Source: an uncultured Halanaerobiales bacterium (GTDB taxonomy: Bacteria > Bacillota > Halanaerobiia > Halanaerobiales > M55B127). Taken from it: a stretch of DNA of 64,000 nt. Below are positions 37,316 through 46,652 of the stretch, one piece after another; the stretch's first letter is position 1; every line of letters begins with the position of its first letter. The notes beneath the pieces are model-generated. The model saw only the letters and a list, made by a program, of their open reading frames with translations. It did no database searches and had not been told where the DNA came from. The DNA lies in NCBI GenBank assembly GCA_964430875.1, contig CAYSHP010000005.1:8740-72739 (forward strand). The letters run 5' to 3'. Both the position numbers and the translations under genes were made by a program.

Positions 37316-39172
37316 CTAATTTGTATCGTTTAGTTTTTCTAAAAAATTTATCTGCATAAACATAACTTTATCTTCTTGTTTATCATTTGTAGTTTGAAAC
37401 CTATAATGAGGTTTATGTATTAATAATACTGCCGCCTTTATAAAAGCAAAAGACTTATTAACCCAATGTACTGGTATTAATGGTAGTATCTTCAATTTGT
37501 CTTTAAACTTAATATTCAATTTAGTCTTCAATACTTCAAAAATATTAAGAATTAAAAATAGAGAGAGATTTATAATACTAAAAAAGAATTTAGGATTTGT
37601 TAAAAATCCATTTGTCCATAAATTATTTAATATTGTTATGCTCAGTGAAATTAATAATAATACATATAGTAAGGGGATAAACAATTCTCCCCCAATTGCA
37701 AAATTATTTAATAAAATATCTCTAAGCCCATCTTCTTTTATTTTGGAGATGGGGTTTCTATTATATACTAGTAAAGTTTGCATATAACCTTTTAAGGAGT
37801 TAGTAAAATCATTAAACCAACTTTTAAAATTATCACTACTTAAGTGATAGGTTTTAGAATTTAATAAGCCAGTTATATAACCCTTTGCAACTGCTTTTCT
37901 TATTAAATCAAGATTCTCCGCAGCATTATATAAATCCCAACCCTTATATTTTTTAATAAGAGAAGTTCTATAATGATAAACCCCTTTATCCAAATAAGAA
38001 AACAACTTATATCTAAGAGTATTTTCTATACTAAGATATTTACTAAAAAGACCTTTTCTATTCATAATTGATTCTATAGGAGATTGCAAACAAAAGTAAT
38101 TTTTATTTGATTGTTCAAATTTATAAACTGCTTTTTTTAATTGATCAGTTTCCGGTATAGTATTTTCATTATATATAGTAATATACTTTCCACTAGCTAA
38201 CTTTAGCCCCAAATTATATATTTTAATCATATTCCCATCATTTTCTGCAGGTACTTTATATACGCTGTAATTTGTAGGTAAATTGCTAAGTTTATTAAGC
38301 TGATCTGTAAAATTTTTAGAACCCAGAAATATTATCTCCATTTTATGGTCGGGATAATCCATCTTTTCTAGACTTAATATCAAATTATCAAGGTTAGAAC
38401 TGTACTTTTTAACTGGAATTAAAATTGTATATTTGGGTAAATTGTCAAGTTGCAAGTTTTTATCATTAGTTGTAATCTCATTTTTAATTTTTTTATCTGA
38501 AAAAAATCGAATTATAAAACGAGTTATTATTAAAAATAAAAATAAAAAATTAATTAAATAAAATAAGATATTAGTTGTATTTTTAAGGTAAAAAAAGATA
38601 CCAGTTAAAAATAATATACCAAGTACTCCAAATATTAATAACTGATTTCTAGTAAAAACATTTAAAGCAGTTTCCTCTCCATTCCTATGAAAATCATCTT
38701 CAGTCTTATTTAAAATATTATCCTTAAAAGCAAATTCAATTAAATATTTTATTTCTGGTTGGGATAATTCTACTTTTTCAATCAAAATATCCCCGAATTT
38801 ATTTTTTAAATACTTATCAATACTTTTATCTTTAAAGTCGTAAACTAATATTTTGATTATTTCTTTTTTATAGGATATAGGTAAGAATAACTTTTTATTT
38901 AACAAAGTAGGTTTGAACTCATCTATAAAATTATAATCTATCTCTCTTTTAATATCATCAATATTAATCGAGAAGTTATTATTAATTAAATTATTAGATA
39001 GATCAGCTAAAATCTTATATATAGCTATTGCTTTAACCATGTTATTTCGAATTAAAATTTCAGACAATCTTAAGTGGGTATCAGTATGTATATCATAAGC
39101 ATTATTTAATTGTCTTTTTGTTATTAAGTTATTTTTTAATAAAGCATCACCTAATAATGAATTATTGCCCAA
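37316..39172 (-). CDS. MshEN-like domain plus GT2 glycosyltransferase fold with degenerate catalytic motifs (probable pseudoenzyme)
   Basis: Scaffold motifs YTILIP, MDYP, PETDQLKKA, WDLYN and KGYMQT are kept. The DxD, TED and QxxRW positions read NENT, AEN and DFTNS. Confidence 0.7.
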   Translation of the reverse strand: MGNNSLLGDALLKNNLITKRQLNNAYDIHTDTHLRLSEILIRNNMVKAIAIYKILADLSNNLINNNFSINIDDIKREIDYNFIDEFKPTLLNKKLFLPISYKKEIIKILVYDFKDKSIDKYLKNKFGDILIEKVELSQPEIKYLIEFAFKDNILNKTEDDFHRNGEETALNVFTRNQLLIFGVLGILFLTGIFFYLKNTTNILFYLINFLFLFLIITRFIIRFFSDKKIKNEITTNDKNLQLDNLPKYTILIPVKKYSSNLDNLILSLEKMDYPDHKMEIIFLGSKNFTDQLNKLSNLPTNYSVYKVPAENDGNMIKIYNLGLKLASGKYITIYNENTIPETDQLKKAVYKFEQSNKNYFCLQSPIESIMNRKGLFSKYLSIENTLRYKLFSYLDKGVYHYRTSLIKKYKGWDLYNAAENLDLIRKAVAKGYITGLLNSKTYHLSSDNFKSWFNDFTNSLKGYMQTLLVYNRNPISKIKEDGLRDILLNNFAIGGELFIPLLYVLLLISLSITILNNLWTNGFLTNPKFFFSIINLSLFLILNIFEVLKTKLNIKFKDKLKILPLIPVHWVNKSFAFIKAAVLLIHKPHYRFQTTNDKQEDKVMFMQINFLEKLNDTN

Positions 39173-39188
39173 ATATACACACCTACCT

Positions 39189-41741
39189 TTATTTTTCTTT
39201 TGTTTTTTGACGTGAGGTTCTATAATATATCCAAATTAGTAATAAAACTAATAAAATAATTGCCGCTAAATATATATATCTTTTATTCTCTTCTAATAAT
39301 GTTTTTAAATCATTAAGATATCCCTTATATAATTTAGGTTGTTTTTCTTTTAATATTTGAAAGGTTTGATAGTTTTCATCATTAAATACAAGAAGATCTC
39401 CATTTAAATCATTAATTCCCCCGTTTGCAATAACCTTATTTAACATACTTTCTAAACTATTTATATTATTACTGTTTATAATCATAACTTCTTTATCATT
39501 ATATTTTGTTAAATCAATATAACTTAGGTTGTTATTTGTTTTGAACTCGGTAATTATTTCTTCACTATTTTTAATGAGAAACCGGTCATTATCTAATGCA
39601 ATCTTTGAATTAAATTTACTGTTTGCTCTTTTCTCTCCAATTATTATATACCAATTCTTATTATCATTATTATCAAAATTATAATTAGAATAATAATTAA
39701 CATTAAAATTATTATAAATTGAATCCTCTTCATGGATTGAACCAAACAATAAGGCTGTTGTTTTTAATAATTTATCTGAATTATTTTCATCAACTAATAT
39801 TTGACCATTGCCTTTAAAGTTATTTACTAAATTTTCAAAAGTATTTTTTTTATACAGATTACCTGCAACTGAAAAATAACTTTCTGGATTGATATATGTT
39901 TCCATTAAGTTACTATAATTACTCAAGATTTTAGAAGGGTATTGGCTAAATTGAATCTTCAGATCATTGATTTGTTCTAATTCACTGCCTTCAATAGTTA
40001 CTAATTTATCTTTAAAATAACTGCTTTTTTCTAATTTTTCACTATATACTAATTTATTATTTATATATACTTTCAGATAAGCCGGATTATCAAAAGGAAT
40101 AAAATAACTGCCGGTTAAGTGTAAATTAAGATCTTTCGGCCAATTATTAAAAAGGTTTATTGGTAGATGGTATTGATAATTGATTTCTCCCCAACCTTTT
40201 CTATTGGCTTTAAATGAATCGATTTTAAAAGAACTCAATTTATAATCAATTTCTTGTTTTAAATTATATTTATTAACATCCAAATAATTTGCATTAATTA
40301 ACTTTAAAAAATCGGATAATATAAAATCAATATCTTCAGGTGCTATAAGTAGTGTCATGGTTTCATCTATTTTAGTTTCCTGAAAATCTTCAGATACTAC
40401 TATATTTCTAACTCTATTATTATAATTATTGAAATCAATCTCTTTCGCACTTGATTTTAAATTTATAGAAGGAGGTAAATTATTATATATTCTATTAAGA
40501 TAAGTATATAATTTTATATAGTCATGAAATTCTTGCCGACTTAATTTTCCTTCATAAAATAGGTTTATTTTTGTAGCTTCTATACCTAAAAAATTATTTA
40601 ATTGATAAGTTTGGTTATTCTTTAATTTAAATTCAACACCACTTGTATTGTCTATTTTTATCCACATATTTTCATATAAAGCTGGGCTGAAATTTTTTTC
40701 TCCATTTCGGATCTTAGCTTTGATTTCTAACTTTAAATTATTTATATCTCCAAGATTTATCGGTAATAAAAGCTTATAATTATTACTATTAGTTTTGAAA
40801 TTATACTGTTTAACATGTCTGTTGTTTATAAGAATATCGATTGCCGATAATTCATTGATAAATTTAGATGTTTCTAAATTTAATTTTAAATATACTTTTT
40901 CTTCTATGATTTTATCTGAAAGCGGTATATTTAATACAAAAGAATTTTCCCAACCTCTTAAATATATATCATTATTATATCCAAAATCCTTTAGTGTATA
41001 AAAAACATCCTGCGTGTTTTCCTGTTTAAATAAATTAACTATTTCATCATCTTTAAAGACAAGATAGTAATTACTATTATTTTGAACTTTACCATTAAAA
41101 TTATCAATAGAATAATCAACTCTAGTTCCATTTGGGTACAAAAATTTAGCATTATTTTTACCATTTTTTTCTAAGAAGGCACTTTTAATATTATATGTTT
41201 CGTTATTTTTATAATATGCTAGTTCTTTATTCTCTGTTAAAATTTCTGTTAATTTTTTTTCTGTTTTCGCTTCTTTAATGTTCTTATTATTCTTGTTTTC
41301 TTTTGCTTTTTCATTGCTGGGGTTTTCATCCTTAATTATTTCCTCATTTAGATTATCTTTTTTATCTTCATTAATTTGTGTGTTTTTTTGCTCTTTATTA
41401 ATCTCTTTTTTACCATTTTTATCTCTAACCTTATCTTCAGTAAAATTAAAATCTACTTTTCTTACATAAGCTTCCTTTACTATGTTTTGTATTTCATTTA
41501 ATATTTTTTGAGCAGAGTTATAATTAGTAAAATTACCAACAAATACAAAATATCTATTACTTTGCTTATATTTGTAAACATCTAAACCTCTCTCAACTAA
41601 TTTTTGAGATAGATTTTGTGCATTGGATTCTTTACTGAAATAACCGGTTTGTACAGTATATGTAACTGCACTTACTGTAGTTGAAGATATTATTAAGATA
41701 AAAATTATTATAAAAAAAGACTTTAATTTAATATTAATCAC
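39189..41741 (-). CDS. SPOR domain fused to a BcsB-like copolymerase with C-terminal TM anchor
   Basis: N-terminal YTVQTGYFSKESNA...VFVGNF (SPOR); TLKDFGYNNDIYLRG...ILINN...WIKIDNTS (BcsB-like); C-terminal TM helix plus basic tail. Confidence 0.65.
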   Translation of the reverse strand: MINIKLKSFFIIIFILIISSTTVSAVTYTVQTGYFSKESNAQNLSQKLVERGLDVYKYKQSNRYFVFVGNFTNYNSAQKILNEIQNIVKEAYVRKVDFNFTEDKVRDKNGKKEINKEQKNTQINEDKKDNLNEEIIKDENPSNEKAKENKNNKNIKEAKTEKKLTEILTENKELAYYKNNETYNIKSAFLEKNGKNNAKFLYPNGTRVDYSIDNFNGKVQNNSNYYLVFKDDEIVNLFKQENTQDVFYTLKDFGYNNDIYLRGWENSFVLNIPLSDKIIEEKVYLKLNLETSKFINELSAIDILINNRHVKQYNFKTNSNNYKLLLPINLGDINNLKLEIKAKIRNGEKNFSPALYENMWIKIDNTSGVEFKLKNNQTYQLNNFLGIEATKINLFYEGKLSRQEFHDYIKLYTYLNRIYNNLPPSINLKSSAKEIDFNNYNNRVRNIVVSEDFQETKIDETMTLLIAPEDIDFILSDFLKLINANYLDVNKYNLKQEIDYKLSSFKIDSFKANRKGWGEINYQYHLPINLFNNWPKDLNLHLTGSYFIPFDNPAYLKVYINNKLVYSEKLEKSSYFKDKLVTIEGSELEQINDLKIQFSQYPSKILSNYSNLMETYINPESYFSVAGNLYKKNTFENLVNNFKGNGQILVDENNSDKLLKTTALLFGSIHEEDSIYNNFNVNYYSNYNFDNNDNKNWYIIIGEKRANSKFNSKIALDNDRFLIKNSEEIITEFKTNNNLSYIDLTKYNDKEVMIINSNNINSLESMLNKVIANGGINDLNGDLLVFNDENYQTFQILKEKQPKLYKGYLNDLKTLLEENKRYIYLAAIILLVLLLIWIYYRTSRQKTKEK

Positions 41742-41765
41742 CTTCTTTAGGTTTAAAACTTTTGC

Positions 41766-42710
41766 TTACTTATTTAAAAATTCTTTAACATCTTCTTTTT
41801 GGGGTAATTTAGACATGGCCCCTTCTTTTTTTACCACTAAAGCAGAACAATAGTTAGCGAACTCACAAATATCTTCTATTACTTGGTTAGACATCTCTTC
41901 TAACTTTTTATCACTATTATCAATACGGTTTAAAAAGGCTGATACAAATGCATCACCAGCTCCGGTGGTATCTACCGCCTTAACTTTTTGAGCAGGTACA
42001 TGAATTAATTTATCTTTATAAAAATATACACCTTTATCACCATCTGTAATTAAAACGAGGCTGATTTGATTTTTATTTTTAATCTGCTCTGCCCCTTCCT
42101 CAATTCCTTCAAAACCAGTAAGGAAGTCCAGTTCTTCTTTTGATAATTTAAGAATATCAACCTGTCCTAAGACAGCCTTAATTATTTTTTTAGCCTTCTC
42201 TAGATCATCCCAGAGGGATTTTCTTAAATTTGGATCATAGGAGATATACATATCCGCTTTATCAGCTAAATCAAGAGCATATAAAGTAGCTTTGCGTGAT
42301 ATCTCATTTATCATAGATATTGATCCAAAATGAAATATTTTATAATCTCCAAATAACTCTTCATCAATTTCATCTGAATTTAATAATCTATCAGCACTTT
42401 TCTCACCAAAAAAATCAAAACTACGGTCTCCATCTTCATCTAGAGTAACTATGGATAATGCAGTTTTAGCTTCCTTAGTTAATATCATATTATTTAAATT
42501 GATCCCCTCTGCAGAAAGGGTCTCATATAAAAACCTTCCTAAAGAATCATCTCCTACTTTACCAATAAAGGCAGTCCGGCTTTCTAATCTAGCCAATCCA
42601 ACCGCTACATTAGCAGGAGCTCCCCCGGGGTTTTTCCCAAATAATTTATTTTCTTTATCAACTGGAATAAAATCGATCAATGCTTCTCCAAGAGATATTA
42701 CACCATTCAT
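41766..42710 (-). CDS. PfkB family carbohydrate kinase (fructokinase-like)
   Basis: GGAPANVA, GKVGDD, YDPNLR and DTTGAGDAF. Confidence 0.9.
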   Translation of the reverse strand: MNGVISLGEALIDFIPVDKENKLFGKNPGGAPANVAVGLARLESRTAFIGKVGDDSLGRFLYETLSAEGINLNNMILTKEAKTALSIVTLDEDGDRSFDFFGEKSADRLLNSDEIDEELFGDYKIFHFGSISMINEISRKATLYALDLADKADMYISYDPNLRKSLWDDLEKAKKIIKAVLGQVDILKLSKEELDFLTGFEGIEEGAEQIKNKNQISLVLITDGDKGVYFYKDKLIHVPAQKVKAVDTTGAGDAFVSAFLNRIDNSDKKLEEMSNQVIEDICEFANYCSALVVKKEGAMSKLPQKEDVKEFLNK

Positions 42711-42884
42711 ATATTAAAACCTCCTAAAAAAAATAATTTCTCCATTATTAATTATATTATACAAAAAGACATAAAATTCCTACATTTAACTCATATTATT
42801 TTTTAAATAAAGCAGGAATTACAGAAAGTTAATTTAATATATATAAATAATAATCATTTCTATTAAGGGAGAGGTGAGTTAATT

Positions 42885-45218
42885 TTGAGTGAAAGTTTTA
42901 TTGGGAAAAAGATAAAAAGATTTGATAGTAAAGATAAAACTACTGGAAATCAAAAGTATTTAGATGATTATAAAATAAGCGGACTGCTCTATTCTGCTAT
43001 TTTAACAAGCCCTCATGCTCATGCTAAAATTAATAGCATTGATATTGAGGAAGCTAAAAAATCAAAGGGAGTAAAAAAAGTTGTAACAGGTAAAGATTAT
43101 CCAACTACATTAGGTTTATATCTAGGAGATAAACCACCCCTTGCAGTTGATAAGGTTCGCCACTTTGGAGAGCCAGTTGCAGCTGTTATTGCACAAACAA
43201 AAAAAGATGCACAAGCAGCCTTAAAAAAGATAAAAGTTGATTTTGAAAAACTAAAAATAGTTGATTCTCCTAAAGATGCAATGAGAGAAGATTCTCCAAT
43301 CTTACACAAAGACTTAGCAGATTATCATCATATACCTGATGTTTACCCAAAACCAGGTACAAATGTTGCTAATCATACTAAGATAAAAAAAGGAGATTAT
43401 GAAAACGCATTTAAAGATGCAAAATACCAAATAGAAGAATCTTTTTCATTTAAGCCAAGTGATCATGTAGCAATGGAACCAAGGTCTTCTATTGCTCAGA
43501 TTAAATCAAATGGTGATGTAATTATCCATTCTACTACTCAAGCACCTTTTGTAGTAAAAGAGTTACTTTCTTTTAACTTTGAAATACCTGCCGGCAAAAT
43601 TAATGTAATTGCTCCTCCCATTGGAGGCGGTTTTGGCGGAAAAGCAGGCTTACAATTAGAAAGTCTCGCCTATATTCTATCAAAAGCTGTCGATGGACGT
43701 CCAGTTAAAGTTGTAAATACTAGAGAAGATGATATGGTTACTTCACCTGGACATATTGGATTAGAAGCTGATGTAAAAATCGCTAGTGATAAAGAAGGTA
43801 ATATAACCGGTATGGATCTGCAGTATTATTTTGATGCAGGTGCCTATTCAGATTACGCTGTAAATGTGAGTAGAGCGGCTGCAATTTCTTGTACTGGTCC
43901 TTATCAAGTTGACAATCTAAAATGTGATTCTTACTGTATTTATACTAATCACCCCTTTGCTACTGCTTTTAGGGGTTTTGGACATATTGAGTTAGGATAT
44001 GTAATCGAAAGAAGTATTGATATTTTAGCTAAAGAACTGGATATGGATCCAGTTGAATTAAGACTTAAAAATGCAATCCAAGAGGGAGATACTACTCCAA
44101 CTCAAAGTTTAATGAATGAAAATACTGGTGACCTTAAAGCTTGTATCAAAAGAACTGCTGAACTGATAGATTGGGAGCAGGGTTCATATATTAAAAAAGG
44201 TGACAATAAAGTTATTACAAAAGGTATGGGATTATTATGGAAGTCCCCTGCTATGCCGACAAGTACCGATGCCGGTGCAATTATTACCTTTAATGAAGAC
44301 GGCAGTTTGAATTTAAATAATGCAATTGTTGAAATCGGACAGGGAACTAAAACAGGCTTAGCACAAATTGTAGCAGAAGAAATGGAAATGCCAATTGAAA
44401 AGGTACATGTTAAAACAGATGTTAATACTAATAATGCTCCACATGATTGGGCAACTGCAGCCAGCAGAAGTTTAATGATGGCTGGTAGAGCAGCTATAAG
44501 TGCTTGTAAAGATGCCAAACAACAATTAAAAGAAACAGCTGCCCAGGTATTAAGGTGCCCTGCCCAAGATTTAACAGTCGCTAATGAAAAAGTGTTTATC
44601 TCTGATGAACCTCATATTTCATTAGATGTTAAAGATGTTTGTCTAGGATATGTCTATGAAAATGGTAATGCAATTGGTGGTCAAGTCATTGGCCGCGGTA
44701 ACTATATAGCTCGTAAACTATCTAGTATTGATCCTGAAACCGGAGAGGGTAGGCCGGACCTTGAATGGACTTTAGGAGCACAAGCAGTTGAAATAGAACT
44801 TAATCTAACTGATTATTCCTATAAGATTAAAAAAGCTGCTTCTACTATGGATGTAGGTAATGTAATTAATCCAGACCTAGCCCGAGGACAAGTTGTCGGT
44901 GCTATGGCTATGGGTATGAGTTTTGCCCGTAACGAAGGTTTTCAATTTAATAGTCGTGAACAGGTACAAAATAATGTATTAAGAGATTATAAGATAATAA
45001 GATATGGTGAACATCCAGAATATTTAGTTGACTTTGTTGAAAATCCGCAAGGTGACGGACCTTTTGGGGCAAGGGGCCTCGGGGAACAGGGTATCATAGG
45101 TATGCCTGGTTCACTTGCCAACGCTGTATCTAGAGCGGTTGGAGTAGAAATAAATGAACTACCCCTTCTACCAGAACTGATCTATAAATATGTAAAGGAA
45201 GGTGATAGTAATGATTAG
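42885..45218 (+). CDS. Xanthine dehydrogenase-family molybdopterin-binding subunit
   Basis: GGGFGGK, AFRGFG, EIGQG and GARGLGE. Confidence 0.9.
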   Translation: MSESFIGKKIKRFDSKDKTTGNQKYLDDYKISGLLYSAILTSPHAHAKINSIDIEEAKKSKGVKKVVTGKDYPTTLGLYLGDKPPLAVDKVRHFGEPVAAVIAQTKKDAQAALKKIKVDFEKLKIVDSPKDAMREDSPILHKDLADYHHIPDVYPKPGTNVANHTKIKKGDYENAFKDAKYQIEESFSFKPSDHVAMEPRSSIAQIKSNGDVIIHSTTQAPFVVKELLSFNFEIPAGKINVIAPPIGGGFGGKAGLQLESLAYILSKAVDGRPVKVVNTREDDMVTSPGHIGLEADVKIASDKEGNITGMDLQYYFDAGAYSDYAVNVSRAAAISCTGPYQVDNLKCDSYCIYTNHPFATAFRGFGHIELGYVIERSIDILAKELDMDPVELRLKNAIQEGDTTPTQSLMNENTGDLKACIKRTAELIDWEQGSYIKKGDNKVITKGMGLLWKSPAMPTSTDAGAIITFNEDGSLNLNNAIVEIGQGTKTGLAQIVAEEMEMPIEKVHVKTDVNTNNAPHDWATAASRSLMMAGRAAISACKDAKQQLKETAAQVLRCPAQDLTVANEKVFISDEPHISLDVKDVCLGYVYENGNAIGGQVIGRGNYIARKLSSIDPETGEGRPDLEWTLGAQAVEIELNLTDYSYKIKKAASTMDVGNVINPDLARGQVVGAMAMGMSFARNEGFQFNSREQVQNNVLRDYKIIRYGEHPEYLVDFVENPQGDGPFGARGLGEQGIIGMPGSLANAVSRAVGVEINELPLLPELIYKYVKEGDSND

Positions 45219-46047
45219 TTTTGATTTTGACTATTACCAGGCAGCTAATGCTGAAGAAGCCGTTGAAAAATATTTAGAATTAAAAAATAAAAATAAAAAT
45301 GTATCTTATTATAATGGTGGTACAGAAATAGTTACTTATGCCAGAAAAGATAAAATGAACTTCGATGCATTAATAGATATAAAAAATATACCTGCCTGCT
45401 CTGTTTTAAAAGAAGATGACAATAAAGTAATTATGGGGGCTTCTGTTTCTCTAAATGAGATTGCAGAAAAAAATTATTTCCCACTTTTAAGTAAATCATC
45501 AGAAGTAATCGCAGACCATACCACCCGAAATCATATTACTTTGGGCGGTAATCTCACTGGTAGACTTCCCTATAAAGAAGCTCTATTACCTCTTTTAGTA
45601 GCTGAAGCAAAAGTTACTACTATAAATAAGGATGGCTATCAAACTAGGCCGATTACCGAAGTATTTGATAAAAGAATGGCTTTAGACCAGGAAGAAATTT
45701 TACTGCAAATAATTGTAGATAAAGATAAAACAAAACTGCCTTATTATCAAACTAGAAAAGTTAAGCAAAGTGAAATAGATTATCCTATTTTACACATTGC
45801 TGCCTTAAAAGAAAATGAACAAATAAAATTTGCCTTATCTTCATTATGTCCGTTCCCTTTTAGAGATGAAAATCTTGAAGAAATTATTAATGATAATTCA
45901 TTAGAAAAAACCGAAAAAATTAATGAGATTGTTAATAATTTGCCGGTTCCAATCAACTCAAACCTCAGAGGGGGCAAAGAATATAAAGAAATGCTATTTC
46001 GTAATTCTTTAGATGCCTGTTTAGACAGCCTGGGAGGTGGAAATTAA
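45211..46047 (+). CDS. Xanthine dehydrogenase-family FAD-binding subunit
   Basis: GGTE, LIDIK, GASVSL and RNHITLGGN. Confidence 0.85.
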   Translation: MISFDFDYYQAANAEEAVEKYLELKNKNKNVSYYNGGTEIVTYARKDKMNFDALIDIKNIPACSVLKEDDNKVIMGASVSLNEIAEKNYFPLLSKSSEVIADHTTRNHITLGGNLTGRLPYKEALLPLLVAEAKVTTINKDGYQTRPITEVFDKRMALDQEEILLQIIVDKDKTKLPYYQTRKVKQSEIDYPILHIAALKENEQIKFALSSLCPFPFRDENLEEIINDNSLEKTEKINEIVNNLPVPINSNLRGGKEYKEMLFRNSLDACLDSLGGGN

Positions 46048-46514
46048 TGAAAGCTTATAAAGGACATCAAGAAATTACCTTAAATATAAATAATGAAATT
46101 TATAATATTGTAGTAACTCCTCATGAAACATTATTAAATGTTATTAGAGAAAAACTAGAATTAACAGGTCCCAAACCGGGTTGTGAAAATGGTGACTGTG
46201 GAGCCTGCACTGTATTGATAGATGATAAACCTTATAAATCCTGTATGGCGCTCGCAGTTGAAATGGAAGGAAGAGAAATAACTACTGTGGAAGGACTGGA
46301 AAACACCGCTATTCAAGAGGCCTTTATTGATAAAGAAGGTTATCAATGCGGTTATTGTACATCAGGCTTTTTAGTTAATGCCTTTGCTCTTTTAGAGAAA
46401 TACGAAAAACCGGAAGAAAGTACAATTAAAGAATGGTTAAGTAGTAATCTATGTAGATGTACAGGTTATGAAGGAATTGAAAAAGCGGTTGAAAAAGTCA
46501 TTGATAATAGATAA
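46047..46514 (+). CDS. Xanthine dehydrogenase-family 2x[2Fe-2S] subunit
   Basis: GCENGDCGACTV...C, QCGYC and CRC. Confidence 0.9.
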   Translation: MKAYKGHQEITLNINNEIYNIVVTPHETLLNVIREKLELTGPKPGCENGDCGACTVLIDDKPYKSCMALAVEMEGREITTVEGLENTAIQEAFIDKEGYQCGYCTSGFLVNAFALLEKYEKPEESTIKEWLSSNLCRCTGYEGIEKAVEKVIDNR

Positions 46515-46540
46515 GTCTTAAAAAATAATATTTGATTTAT

Positions 46541-46566
46541 AAAGCCCCAAATTAATTTGGGGCTTT
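46541..46566 (+). terminator. Intrinsic terminator (perfect palindrome)
   Basis: AAAGCCCCAAATTAATTTGGGGCTTT. Confidence 0.85.
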
Positions 46567-46652
46567 CTTTATTGAATTATATATAAATATATGATATGTT
46601 TTTAATGTCAAATTAAATATAAAGTCAAAATCATCGAAAGGAGGTATTCATA

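Noticed and set aside
41220-41470. Lys/Glu/Asn-rich segment of the SPOR-BcsB protein and its antisense 63-aa ORF
   Set aside because: Low-complexity linker without a true tandem unit; the antisense ORF is a by-product.
42885-46514. Specific call as xanthine dehydrogenase or CO dehydrogenase
   Set aside because: The CoxL VAYxCSFR loop is absent (AFRGFG instead) and there is no purine-catabolism context, so only a family-level call is supported.
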